Positions 38,356 through 47,070 of a stretch of DNA of 64,000 nucleotides are shown in pieces; the first letter of the stretch is position 1; each line of letters opens with the position of its first letter. The notes beneath the pieces were generated by a model that saw only the letters and a program-made list of their open reading frames with translations, made no database searches and was not told the DNA's origin. This DNA comes from an uncultured Chloroflexia bacterium (GTDB lineage: Bacteria; Chloroflexota; Chloroflexia; QHBQ01; JADMIH01), in the NCBI GenBank assembly GCA_963797095.1, contig CAWCNY010000005.1, forward strand, positions 192,001 to 256,000. Reading direction: 5' to 3'. A program made the position numbers and the translations under genes.

Positions 38356-40371
38356 CTAGATCCTGGACAGTATGTCCGCTTTCTTGGCGGCATAGTCGTC
38401 CTCGGTGATGAGGCCGGCGTCCAGCATGGTCTTTAGCTGTTTCATCTTGGCGATAGGGTCGTCCTGATTGGCCTTCGACCTGCTTGAGCTACGCGATCCG
38501 GCAGCCTTGCTGCCTTTCGTCTCGTCCGATGATGTCTGGTCCGAGTAGGCCCCGTTCCGGTTGAGCGCGCCTGAGTTTCTCTTGCCCGCGGTCGAACCGT
38601 CTGGCATGTCCCTCAACGATAGGTTGATACGGGTTGGCAAATCGCCAAACTCGGAAGGCGCTTCGGACTCCAGCCGCTGAGTTGCCATGGCGGTCATGTT
38701 GCGGTAAATCTCTTCCATATCGAGGTCCATATCGACAGAGGCGGCAAGGAGAGGCCCGCTGGCGGTGGAGCCTGGCATCGGCAAGAGGTAGTCGTCCGAG
38801 CCCATGGGGGCTGTCGGGCGGGCATTATTGAAGTCGTCGTACTCAGAGTCGTCGGCTTGTTGCGGTTCCGGTTGGAGTTCGCTCTGTGCAAGCGATATGA
38901 CTTCTGCTGCGGGTGCGGGAGTGGCTTCGTCCCATTCCATTACCGTCGCCTGTTGGGTAGGCTCGGGCTGTGCAGATGGAACTCCTTCACCGGCTGCCTG
39001 CAACGGGCCGCTGGTGACGATTGGGGCGAGAGGCGCGCTTACATCTATGGGCGTGGTAGGCAACGCGATTCGCTGAAGGCCGCCTATCACGTCCAGGTCC
39101 TGCGCAGTCTCAGGCGCGACTTGCTGAGCCTGAAGCGGGCCGGTTACGGGCGTATCATCGCCGTCGCCGCTCGCTTCACCGGCCTGGTCGTTGTTGAGGT
39201 CGATCTCGCTGTTGTCGGGCAAGCTCCCTATCAGGGCGGCCTCATCCAGCGCCGCTAGAGAGTACAACGGGCCGCTCTTAGGTAGTGGCGAGGAGTTCAG
39301 TGGCGAGCTTATGCGGTTAGTGCCATCGCCGGACAACGGCCCCGAAGGCGGAGTGAATACGGCTATCTTCTCCAGGGTTGTGAGAGGAGGGAGAGGGCGC
39401 ATGTGCGGCTCGGTGTCGGTGGCAGGGCCACTGTTCGTCAAGGTAATAGGTTGTATATCGGCAATTGCCGGGGCTTGAAACGCTGCGCTCCACTGCATTG
39501 GCCTGGTAGGCACCCCATCCTCCAGGCCGGAGCTTTGCAATATGCTCTGCAACACCGACTCGGGCGTTGGAATGTAGTTCGCGGGCATAGGCGCGGCGCT
39601 CGCCGCTATCTGTGCATCGAGGCCACCGGAGTTATTGGAAATCATGCCCAGCGGAGAAAGGCCACCGGTCGAAGGGGCTTCCAGGCCCGGGGCCATTACG
39701 TGACGTTGCTCTTGAGACAATGCCCAGGCCGGTTTGGCAGGTGCGGGCACCGCTGCCGGCTGAGAAGGCGCAGGGACCGCTTCCTCCTGGCTTTCGGCTG
39801 GCGGGTTAGCCGTCGCACGTGGCGTGCCTTGCAGCCTGTCGCTGTACTGAAAGGCCATATCATACATTCTGGAGGCTTGCGTCCTGGGAAGGTTCTCGAT
39901 GCTCATCGTCCAGCCCTGGATCGCGTCCAGTTTCAGGTTGAAGCCGTTCTTATTCTCATAGAGGGCAGCCGCGCTCACGTCGCGCCACCAGCAATCATCG
40001 AGATCGACTTTGCCGAGCACCTTCTTACGGAAGAGCATCACGCGCTTGTTAGTGATCACGGCACAATCGGGAGCATGAGCCAATCCACCCTTGCCGGTGG
40101 CAACATACTCGACCGATTCGCCCTGGGTGAGAATGGGAGTAGCCCGCTCGTAGGTTTGCTTAACCAGCGCCCGGTCCTGCCCATCAGGGCTGAACCGGAC
40201 TACAGGGTCCATATTTACCGCTATTACAGCGGGGTTGGGAGCGCGGTGCTCGGCTGTCGGCGCACTATCTCCAAGAGGGGCCCCACACCTGCTGCAATAA
40301 GGTGAGCCCACTAGATTCCCTGCCTGACAATTATGGCATTGCACCTGCGATTGCATTTTGGCTGGTGCCAT
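38356..40371 (-). CDS. Zinc ribbon, bacterial PH domain, long disordered linker and SHOCT domain protein
   Basis: CHNC...CSRCG; ITNKRVMLFR (PH-like); C-terminal KMKQLKTMLDAGLITEDDYAAKKADIL (SHOCT). Confidence 0.8.
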   Translation of the reverse strand: MAPAKMQSQVQCHNCQAGNLVGSPYCSRCGAPLGDSAPTAEHRAPNPAVIAVNMDPVVRFSPDGQDRALVKQTYERATPILTQGESVEYVATGKGGLAHAPDCAVITNKRVMLFRKKVLGKVDLDDCWWRDVSAAALYENKNGFNLKLDAIQGWTMSIENLPRTQASRMYDMAFQYSDRLQGTPRATANPPAESQEEAVPAPSQPAAVPAPAKPAWALSQEQRHVMAPGLEAPSTGGLSPLGMISNNSGGLDAQIAASAAPMPANYIPTPESVLQSILQSSGLEDGVPTRPMQWSAAFQAPAIADIQPITLTNSGPATDTEPHMRPLPPLTTLEKIAVFTPPSGPLSGDGTNRISSPLNSSPLPKSGPLYSLAALDEAALIGSLPDNSEIDLNNDQAGEASGDGDDTPVTGPLQAQQVAPETAQDLDVIGGLQRIALPTTPIDVSAPLAPIVTSGPLQAAGEGVPSAQPEPTQQATVMEWDEATPAPAAEVISLAQSELQPEPQQADDSEYDDFNNARPTAPMGSDDYLLPMPGSTASGPLLAASVDMDLDMEEIYRNMTAMATQRLESEAPSEFGDLPTRINLSLRDMPDGSTAGKRNSGALNRNGAYSDQTSSDETKGSKAAGSRSSSRSKANQDDPIAKMKQLKTMLDAGLITEDDYAAKKADILSRI

Positions 40372-40650
40372 TCTCGCCCTCCTGTGATGCTCCTGGCCTT
40401 GTATAGCGCCTGTTGTTTACTTGAACGAAGGATTATTGCTGCTACGCAAGAGTGAGTAGGACCACGCCACCCATCGTTGCGTCTATTGGTACGCAGACCC
40501 TTCTCTACCTTCCTCGACCGAAATTGATAGAATACGCGCCGCTGGCGGTAATAGTCTGCGCCAAGTCAAATATAGCCTCCAAGCGCGCTATTTGGAATGG
40601 TACTTAGGTGAGGATGCGCGCTGGTACCTTTTACTAGTACCCTATGATGC

Positions 40651-40685
40651 AAAATAGCTAATCCTCTTGGGTGAGGATTAGCTAT
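40651..40685 (-). terminator. Intrinsic terminator downstream of the epimerase gene
   Basis: Perfect 13-bp stem ATAGCTAATCCTC/GAGGATTAGCTAT followed by T residues on the minus strand. Confidence 0.7.
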
Positions 40686-40727
40686 CCAATGGTACCGGTC
40701 TGGCCGGGGCCGAACGTGGCCGCGTGG

Positions 40728-41192
40728 CTATTTTATAGAGGGGCCGGAAACCCAATCATATCCAATTTCGGGGTCGTCATGAGCGATCCTTCCCTCTTCG
40801 GCGGTGTCATACACGTTGGACGTAACGTAGATCAGGTGGGCGGTGTCTCCAATAGCTTTGCAGCCGTGGGCCACGCCTGCGGGTATCTTCAATACAGTGT
40901 GGCCGTGGTCACCGCCCATAAATAGCTCCTGGAGAGTGCCGTGGGTGGGCGAATCGGGCCGCGTATCGTAAAGCGCAACTTTGAGGACGCCGACAGGCAC
41001 GTACCACCAGTCGATCTGGGTCTTGTGGATGTGCCAGGCTTTTGCAACGCCGGGGTGCATCAATGAGTGGCTTAGCTGCGCGAACCCTTCGCTAAAGAAG
41101 GGATCAGTGACCCTTATCAACTCGCGGAAAAATCCTCGTTCGTCGGGATATGTCACCAGCTCTTTGATGACAACTCCATCTATTTGCCCCAT
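40728..41192 (-). CDS. dTDP-4-dehydrorhamnose 3,5-epimerase (RmlC/RfbC) family protein
   Basis: Motifs DERGFFRE, KAWHIH..Q.D, YDTRPDSPT and IPAGVAHG. Confidence 0.87.
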   Translation of the reverse strand: MGQIDGVVIKELVTYPDERGFFRELIRVTDPFFSEGFAQLSHSLMHPGVAKAWHIHKTQIDWWYVPVGVLKVALYDTRPDSPTHGTLQELFMGGDHGHTVLKIPAGVAHGCKAIGDTAHLIYVTSNVYDTAEEGRIAHDDPEIGYDWVSGPSIK

Positions 41193-41635
41193 TCAGCAAT
41201 CTCCTTCAAGATGGTGGGCAGGTCCCGCGCCAGGTTGGAGTTAGCGAGCACTCGCCCCGCGCCCGCTGCCTTCGCCTTGCGTCGCGCCTCCGTGTCCATG
41301 TGCGGCCCGAAAGCCACCACGGGTGTGCCGCGTTGGGCGGCCTCGCGGGTGGTGGTCTCCCAGTCACCGCGCGATGACAGGTCCACTACCAGCACATCGC
41401 CGCCCGGCAGGGGCACACCTGGGCGCAGCATCACAGGCTTCAGCCCGGCGTGCCGCGCCATGTTCTGAAGTTGCACCCCGAACATCAGGTCGGTGCACAG
41501 CAGGACGGCGATACGCTCTCGCGTCGGCACGGTTCCATCCAATGGAGTGCCTGCCTCATCCCGGCTGTTGGTGCTTCTCTGGTTAGCGATCTCTGCCACT
41601 CGCGTTAGGGTATCAGAATGCCGGTCCAGCGTCAA
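41180..41635 (-). CDS. Hypothetical protein with a degenerate receiver-like fold
   Basis: DLMF...VVDL...PVVAFGPH.D...AGA pattern; the start is uncertain. Confidence 0.6.
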   Translation of the reverse strand: MTLDRHSDTLTRVAEIANQRSTNSRDEAGTPLDGTVPTRERIAVLLCTDLMFGVQLQNMARHAGLKPVMLRPGVPLPGGDVLVVDLSSRGDWETTTREAAQRGTPVVAFGPHMDTEARRKAKAAGAGRVLANSNLARDLPTILKEIAEWGK

Positions 41636-41697
41636 GTTAGGCAGGGCTAATGCAAAGTCAGATAAGACGGTGGGAAAGGCCGCCCATCTCGGCCCTT

Positions 41698-41724
41698 GTC
41701 ATTCTTCACTTCGTTCAGAATGAC
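41698..41724. repeat. REP/MITE-like palindrome remnant
   Basis: GTCATTCT-TCACTTCGTTC-AGAATGAC inverted repeat in the intergenic region. Confidence 0.45.
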
Positions 41725-41873
41725 GCATCCAAACTTGGTGTGTCCGATACCGACTTTGCTTCAGCCCTGCAAGTTAGGCACCAAATCTTGCCAGGATCGC
41801 CTGAGTGCTATAGTATTATGGTGGGTGGCTTTGCAATTTGCCCACCGCCCGAAGGTGAGGATATCCCGCTCGC

Positions 41874-43658
41874 ATGAGAAAAGCTGATATTCTTGACGAC
41901 CAGCAAGCACAGGTGCGCGCCGCCGAACGCGAGGCTCTGAGCGCGCTCTCCTCGGCCATCGCGCCTCTCGAACCCGATGATGCAGATGTGGCTTCGCTTC
42001 GGCAGGCCGAGGCGGACCTTGAGGAGCTTTTCCTGTTGGTCGTTGTGGGGGAGTTCAATTCGGGCAAGTCCTCATTCATCAATGCGCTGCTGGGCCAGGA
42101 GGTGCTCCCGGAAGGGGTCACACCCACCACCGCTACGATCAGTCTGCTACGATACGGTACGTCGGTGACTGAACACCAGGTGGCCGATTTCGTCACCGAG
42201 CGTACCTATCCAGCCGAGTTCCTGCGCGAGATCAGCATCGTGGACACGCCCGGCACTAACGCGATCATACGCCGCCACGAGGAATTGACGCGCACCTTCG
42301 TGCCTCGCTCGGACATGGTGCTCTTCATTACATCGGCGGACCGCCCTTTCACCGAATCGGAGCGGTCATTCATGGAGACGATACGGGAGTGGGGCAAGAA
42401 GATCGTGCTGGTGCTGAACAAGATCGATCTGCTGGGCAGCGAGGACGATCTCAATCGCGTACTCCACTTCATCGAGGAGAACAGCGTGGCCCTGCTGGGC
42501 CAGAAACCCGACGTGTTCCCCGTGTCGGCGCGGCTCGCCAAGCGCGCCCGCTCTACCGATACGTTCGCCGAGCGCGAAGCCCTGTTGCGAGCCAGCCGCA
42601 TGGACGCGCTGGAGCATTACATATTCTCGACCTTGGACGAGGCAGGGCGCATACGCCTGAAGCTCTCGACACCGCTGGGTGTTGCCAATCGAACGCTCGA
42701 AAAGTACCAGGAGATCGCACATGAGCGGCTGGACGTGCTGGCCGAAGATTTCAAGACCGTGCAGAACATCGAGGATCAGCTTCGCATCTACTCGGAAGAT
42801 ATGCATCGCGAGTTCGAGGGCAGGCTCGCCAACATCGAAAACATCATCTTTGAATTGAAGGAGAGGGGCGACATCTTCTTCAACGAGACGCTGCGTATCG
42901 GTCGCATACGCGACCTGCTGAACGCCAAGAAGGTCGAAAGCGATTTCCAGAAGCAGGTGCTGGCCGACACCGCCCAGCGCGTGGACGATGCCACCAACGG
43001 CCTCATAGATTGGATGGTGGACCAGGACCTGCGGATGTGGCAATCGGTGACCGACTACGTCAACCGCCGTCAGGCTGTGGGGGTGGGGGCGTCGCAGGGC
43101 TACCAGGAGCGAGTGATGGGAGGAACTGGCATGACGGGCGTGGCGGGCTTCGCCTACAACCGCGATGCTCTGTTGCGGTCGGTTGTGAAGGAGGCCCGCC
43201 ACGTGGTGGAGAACTACGACCGCGAGGAAGAGGCCACCATCATAGCGCAGGATATGCGCAACGCCGTCGGCGTGATGCTTGGGGCAGGTGGGGTAGCCGC
43301 GCTGGGCGTGCTGGTGGCGGCTACTGTTACGGTAGCTTTCCTGGATGTTACCGGCATAACGGCGGCCATCCTCGCGGGGGCTATCGGCCTCTTTATCCTC
43401 CCGTACCGGAAGCGGAAGGCGCAGGAAGAATTCCGGGCACGCACGCAGGAATTGCGCGATAAGCTAAGTAGCGCCATGACCTCACAGTTCAACTCGGAGC
43501 TTACCCGCTCTATCGAGCGGATACGTGACGCCATCGCGCCCTATACTCGCTTCGTGCGCCTTGAGCAGGAACGAGTTTCGAAAGCGGACAGTAGCCTCTC
43601 CGAAGTGGCGCGCAAGCTCACTGCCTTGCGCGGCCAGATTGAGACCATCGGGAGGTAA
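41874..43658 (+). CDS. Bacterial dynamin-like GTPase
   Basis: G1 GEFNSGKSS, G2 TPTT, G3 DTPG and G4 NKID; long helical stalk and a C-terminal hydrophobic hairpin. Confidence 0.9.
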   Translation: MRKADILDDQQAQVRAAEREALSALSSAIAPLEPDDADVASLRQAEADLEELFLLVVVGEFNSGKSSFINALLGQEVLPEGVTPTTATISLLRYGTSVTEHQVADFVTERTYPAEFLREISIVDTPGTNAIIRRHEELTRTFVPRSDMVLFITSADRPFTESERSFMETIREWGKKIVLVLNKIDLLGSEDDLNRVLHFIEENSVALLGQKPDVFPVSARLAKRARSTDTFAEREALLRASRMDALEHYIFSTLDEAGRIRLKLSTPLGVANRTLEKYQEIAHERLDVLAEDFKTVQNIEDQLRIYSEDMHREFEGRLANIENIIFELKERGDIFFNETLRIGRIRDLLNAKKVESDFQKQVLADTAQRVDDATNGLIDWMVDQDLRMWQSVTDYVNRRQAVGVGASQGYQERVMGGTGMTGVAGFAYNRDALLRSVVKEARHVVENYDREEEATIIAQDMRNAVGVMLGAGGVAALGVLVAATVTVAFLDVTGITAAILAGAIGLFILPYRKRKAQEEFRARTQELRDKLSSAMTSQFNSELTRSIERIRDAIAPYTRFVRLEQERVSKADSSLSEVARKLTALRGQIETIGR

Positions 43659-43670
43659 TCGTCACACCTG

Positions 43671-44051
43671 ATGCGACCGGACCTCACATACTTCCTCGGC
43701 AGGCGTGTCACCGTAGTGGTGGATCGCCCTGTGGGAAGCTATCACCCGCGTTTTCCAGAGGGCGAGCCCTACCCTTTGAATTACGGTTTCGTACCGGGCA
43801 CGGTCTCTGGTGATGGTGAGCCGGTAGATGTATATTTGCTTGGACCTCGGGAGCCGGTCGCGCAGGCGGTAGGCACCGTTATTGCTGTAGTGCTAAGAAG
43901 TGGCGACGTTGAAGATAAACTGGTTGTCGCCACGGACGAATACGCGTGCAACACCCCCGAAGCGGTGTGGGCGCAGATAAGCTTTCAAGAGGATTACTTC
44001 GACAGCAAGCTTTTCATGCCCGGTACTACGCACAACTTACCAACACCCTAA
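43671..44051 (+). CDS. Short inorganic pyrophosphatase-family protein
   Basis: Motifs YPLNYGFVPGT.SGDGEPVDVY and EDKLV. Confidence 0.8.
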   Translation: MRPDLTYFLGRRVTVVVDRPVGSYHPRFPEGEPYPLNYGFVPGTVSGDGEPVDVYLLGPREPVAQAVGTVIAVVLRSGDVEDKLVVATDEYACNTPEAVWAQISFQEDYFDSKLFMPGTTHNLPTP

Positions 44052-44065
44052 CACCAGGAGTAACA

Positions 44066-46558
44066 ATGCAGTTCTCACTAAGATTTGGGCGCATAGGCTC
44101 GCTCACTATATATTTCAATTACACGTGGCTGTTCGCCATCGTACTCGGCCTGTGGTGGCTGGCCCTCCTTTGGCTACCCGACCATCTGCCGGGCTGGCAA
44201 GGCCGTTGGTACTGGCTGGATGCCGTGCTTGTGCTCATTCTATACCTCGTTACATTGCTGATTTACGAGGGCATACACAGCCTTGTGGGGCGCACAGGCC
44301 CGCGCAACGCTCAGCTTTACCCCATAGGCGCGGCCCAACCATTCCGCCTCGACCGGATAGAACCTGGCAGGGGGGTGCTGGCCGCGCTTCTCGCGCCGCT
44401 GTTCAATCTGGTGCTGGGCGGTACCCTCGTGATCCTTACAAGCGGCATCGCCCCCGATGGGGTGTTCACCAATGCTATCAAGGGTCTTTTCGAGCCGTTG
44501 GGCTGGCTCAACCTGGCGCTTGGCGTCATCAACTTCATTCCCGGCATCCCATTCGACGGGGGCTGGGCCCTGAGCATGGGCATCTACTGGTTCAACGGCG
44601 ACCGCGAATCCGGTATGTCGCTTGCGCGGTCGGCTGGCGGGTTCGCGGCGCTCGCGTTGGTGTTGTTGGGGGCCTGGCGCGGGCTTACGACTAATTCCTG
44701 GGTGGACGCGCTGGCACTTGTGTTCATCGGGTGGTCCGCAAACGATGCGGGCAATCTCAGCAGGGGGCGGAGCCTCCTTCGGGGCACTTTCAGCGAGCTA
44801 CATACCAGCGACCTGATGATACCTGTAAGAGAGAATGACAGCGTACAGGCAAACGAGAGCGTGACAGCTTTGGTCAGAGCCTTCCCGCGCTTCCCGCCGG
44901 GCGAGCCTATAGCAGTGCTCGACGACGACGGCAAGCTAACCGGAGTGGTCACCCTCAGCGCGACGGAGGCTTTGCTACAGGGCAACTGGGCATCCACCCC
45001 AGTGCGCTCTATTGCCACCCCATTGGAAGAGGCGCACGCTCTGCCGCCGGGTGCCTCGCTTAACGACGCCATCGCCCTGTTCGAAGAGCGCCCCGTTGAC
45101 CAGGATGAAGAGCTTTCCATCCCGATTGTCGAGGGTAACAAGCTTGTCGGCAGCATCAGCCCATCACGCCTCAACACGTTCGTCGGCGTGGCCGAGCAGT
45201 TCGGCGTGGAAGAGACGCTCAACCGGGAGGCCACAGCGTCTGGCGGGTTGCTTAGCATGCTCGGCAGGGTGCTGCCCGCCATCATTCTGATTACGTTCCT
45301 CGCGATCCTGGGTAACATCGCTCTACGGACGAATCCGGCAGAGATTCGCGGCTCGACCGACGTGAACACCGAGGCCCCCATCACTTTCAAGAACTTCACC
45401 CCACCCGATGATGCCATCGTCGGCCTCGGACCCGTTACTATCTCCGTAGAAGCAGCGGGGCCAAGCGAAATCACTACAGCCACGTTGACTCTGGACGGGC
45501 AGCCCCTGGACGCGGTAATAAGCGGCGAGTCGCCTTTGACAAAAACCCTCACCGCCTCGATCCCCGGCGCGACCCTCGGCCTTCACGACATCACAGTCAA
45601 GGCCTCGCTGGAGAGCGGCAGATCGAAAAGCGAGGATTGGCAGTTCCGTGTCAGCGCCACGGGCCAACCCGAAGGCGAGGGGACCCCACAGCCAACGCCC
45701 CAACCCACCACGCCTCCTATAGCGCCACCCGAATTCTCAGGCTTTAAGCCGGTATTGGGAGCGCAGGTGCTGGCCGGAGCCACTGCGGTGCGCGTCGGAG
45801 TGGTTGTCACATCCACGCAGCCTATCAGCCAGGCAACCGTGCTACTCGACGGGCAGGAACTGGCAGCGCAGGTCGCGCCTGTGGCGGGCAACTCCAACTT
45901 GTACTCGATCTCAGCAACCGCACCTAAGGTCGAGGCGGGGACACACAGGCTGAGGGTTGAGGTAAGCGTCGGCGGTGTTTCGGGGGCGACCGAATGGACA
46001 TTCAATGCCATCACGCCCGACGACAGCAACGTCTATTTCGAGCAAACTGGCCATTTCATCTCCGAGCCGTTCCTGAGCTACTGGCAAAACAACGGAGGGC
46101 TTGCCATCTTCGGCTACCCGATCTCCGACCGGATCGTTGAGACGGCGCAGGACACAGGCGAGCAATATATCGCCCAGTACTTCGAGCGCGCCCGCTTTGA
46201 AATACACCCGTCCATTGGAGGCACGCTGCTGTTGGGGAGGTTGGGCGCGCTAATCCACCAACCCGACCCGGCTGTGGATCCGATTGATGGTCAGCAGTAC
46301 GTCCCGGAAACAGGCCACAACCTGGGAGGGGACTTCCTGGCGTACTGGAACGCCAACGGCGGCCTTGCGGTATTCGGCTATCCGATCAGCGAAGTGGTTA
46401 CCGAGACTAACGCGGCTGACGGCAAAGATTATCAGGTCCAGTACTTCGAGCGGAATCGCTTCGAGTTGCACCCAGACGCCGACCCCGCCAGCCGGGTGCA
46501 GCTAGGGCTACTTGGCGTGGAAATCTACAAACAGATTTACGGAACGGGAACGCCATGA
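44066..46558 (+). CDS. Fusion of an M50/site-2-protease-like membrane domain (degenerate), CBS pair, TM helix, Ig-like domains and surface repeats
   Basis: RBS AGGAG before ATG 44066. YEGIH replaces HExxH; NFIPGIPFDGG is present; CBS-like segments follow; then a TM helix, two beta-rich domains and two TGH...FGYPIS...QYFER repeats. Confidence 0.78.
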   Translation: MQFSLRFGRIGSLTIYFNYTWLFAIVLGLWWLALLWLPDHLPGWQGRWYWLDAVLVLILYLVTLLIYEGIHSLVGRTGPRNAQLYPIGAAQPFRLDRIEPGRGVLAALLAPLFNLVLGGTLVILTSGIAPDGVFTNAIKGLFEPLGWLNLALGVINFIPGIPFDGGWALSMGIYWFNGDRESGMSLARSAGGFAALALVLLGAWRGLTTNSWVDALALVFIGWSANDAGNLSRGRSLLRGTFSELHTSDLMIPVRENDSVQANESVTALVRAFPRFPPGEPIAVLDDDGKLTGVVTLSATEALLQGNWASTPVRSIATPLEEAHALPPGASLNDAIALFEERPVDQDEELSIPIVEGNKLVGSISPSRLNTFVGVAEQFGVEETLNREATASGGLLSMLGRVLPAIILITFLAILGNIALRTNPAEIRGSTDVNTEAPITFKNFTPPDDAIVGLGPVTISVEAAGPSEITTATLTLDGQPLDAVISGESPLTKTLTASIPGATLGLHDITVKASLESGRSKSEDWQFRVSATGQPEGEGTPQPTPQPTTPPIAPPEFSGFKPVLGAQVLAGATAVRVGVVVTSTQPISQATVLLDGQELAAQVAPVAGNSNLYSISATAPKVEAGTHRLRVEVSVGGVSGATEWTFNAITPDDSNVYFEQTGHFISEPFLSYWQNNGGLAIFGYPISDRIVETAQDTGEQYIAQYFERARFEIHPSIGGTLLLGRLGALIHQPDPAVDPIDGQQYVPETGHNLGGDFLAYWNANGGLAVFGYPISEVVTETNAADGKDYQVQYFERNRFELHPDADPASRVQLGLLGVEIYKQIYGTGTP

Positions 46559-47055
46559 CCGGGAACCAATCGCCTGATGAAATCACCGTTCGCAAGGCAG
46601 AGGCCGCGGACGCCGACCTGCTGATCAACCTGATCGTGGGCCTGGCCGAGTTCGAGAAGCTTGAACCGCCTGACGAGGCCGCCCGCCACAGGCTTGTTAA
46701 TGACGCCTTTGGGCCAAAGCCGCGCTTCGAGGTCTTCCTGGCCGAGATCGATGGCGAGATCGCGGGGTACGCTTTCACCTTCGATACCTATTCGACCTTC
46801 CTTGCGCGCCCGACCCTTTACCTAGAGGACCTGTTCGTGCTCCCCGATTACAGGGGTAAGAAGGTCGGTTATGCGCTGATGCTATACCTGGCGTCCGAGG
46901 CGGTGCGGCGAGACTACGGGCGCATGGAATGGGTAGTGCTTGACTGGAACACGCACGCGCAAGGATTCTACAAGCGATTGGGGGCCAGGCACCTGGACGA
47001 TTGGTATTTCTACAGGCTGGACCGCAAGGCGCTCGACCGTCTCATTGAGCCGTAA
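46555..47055 (+). CDS. GNAT N-acetyltransferase (SSAT-like)
   Basis: Motifs YSTFLARPTLYLEDLFV.PDYRGKKVG and RMEWVVLDWN..A..FY. Confidence 0.9.
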   Translation: MTGNQSPDEITVRKAEAADADLLINLIVGLAEFEKLEPPDEAARHRLVNDAFGPKPRFEVFLAEIDGEIAGYAFTFDTYSTFLARPTLYLEDLFVLPDYRGKKVGYALMLYLASEAVRRDYGRMEWVVLDWNTHAQGFYKRLGARHLDDWYFYRLDRKALDRLIEP

Positions 47056-47070
47056 CTGGTCGAGAGTAGG

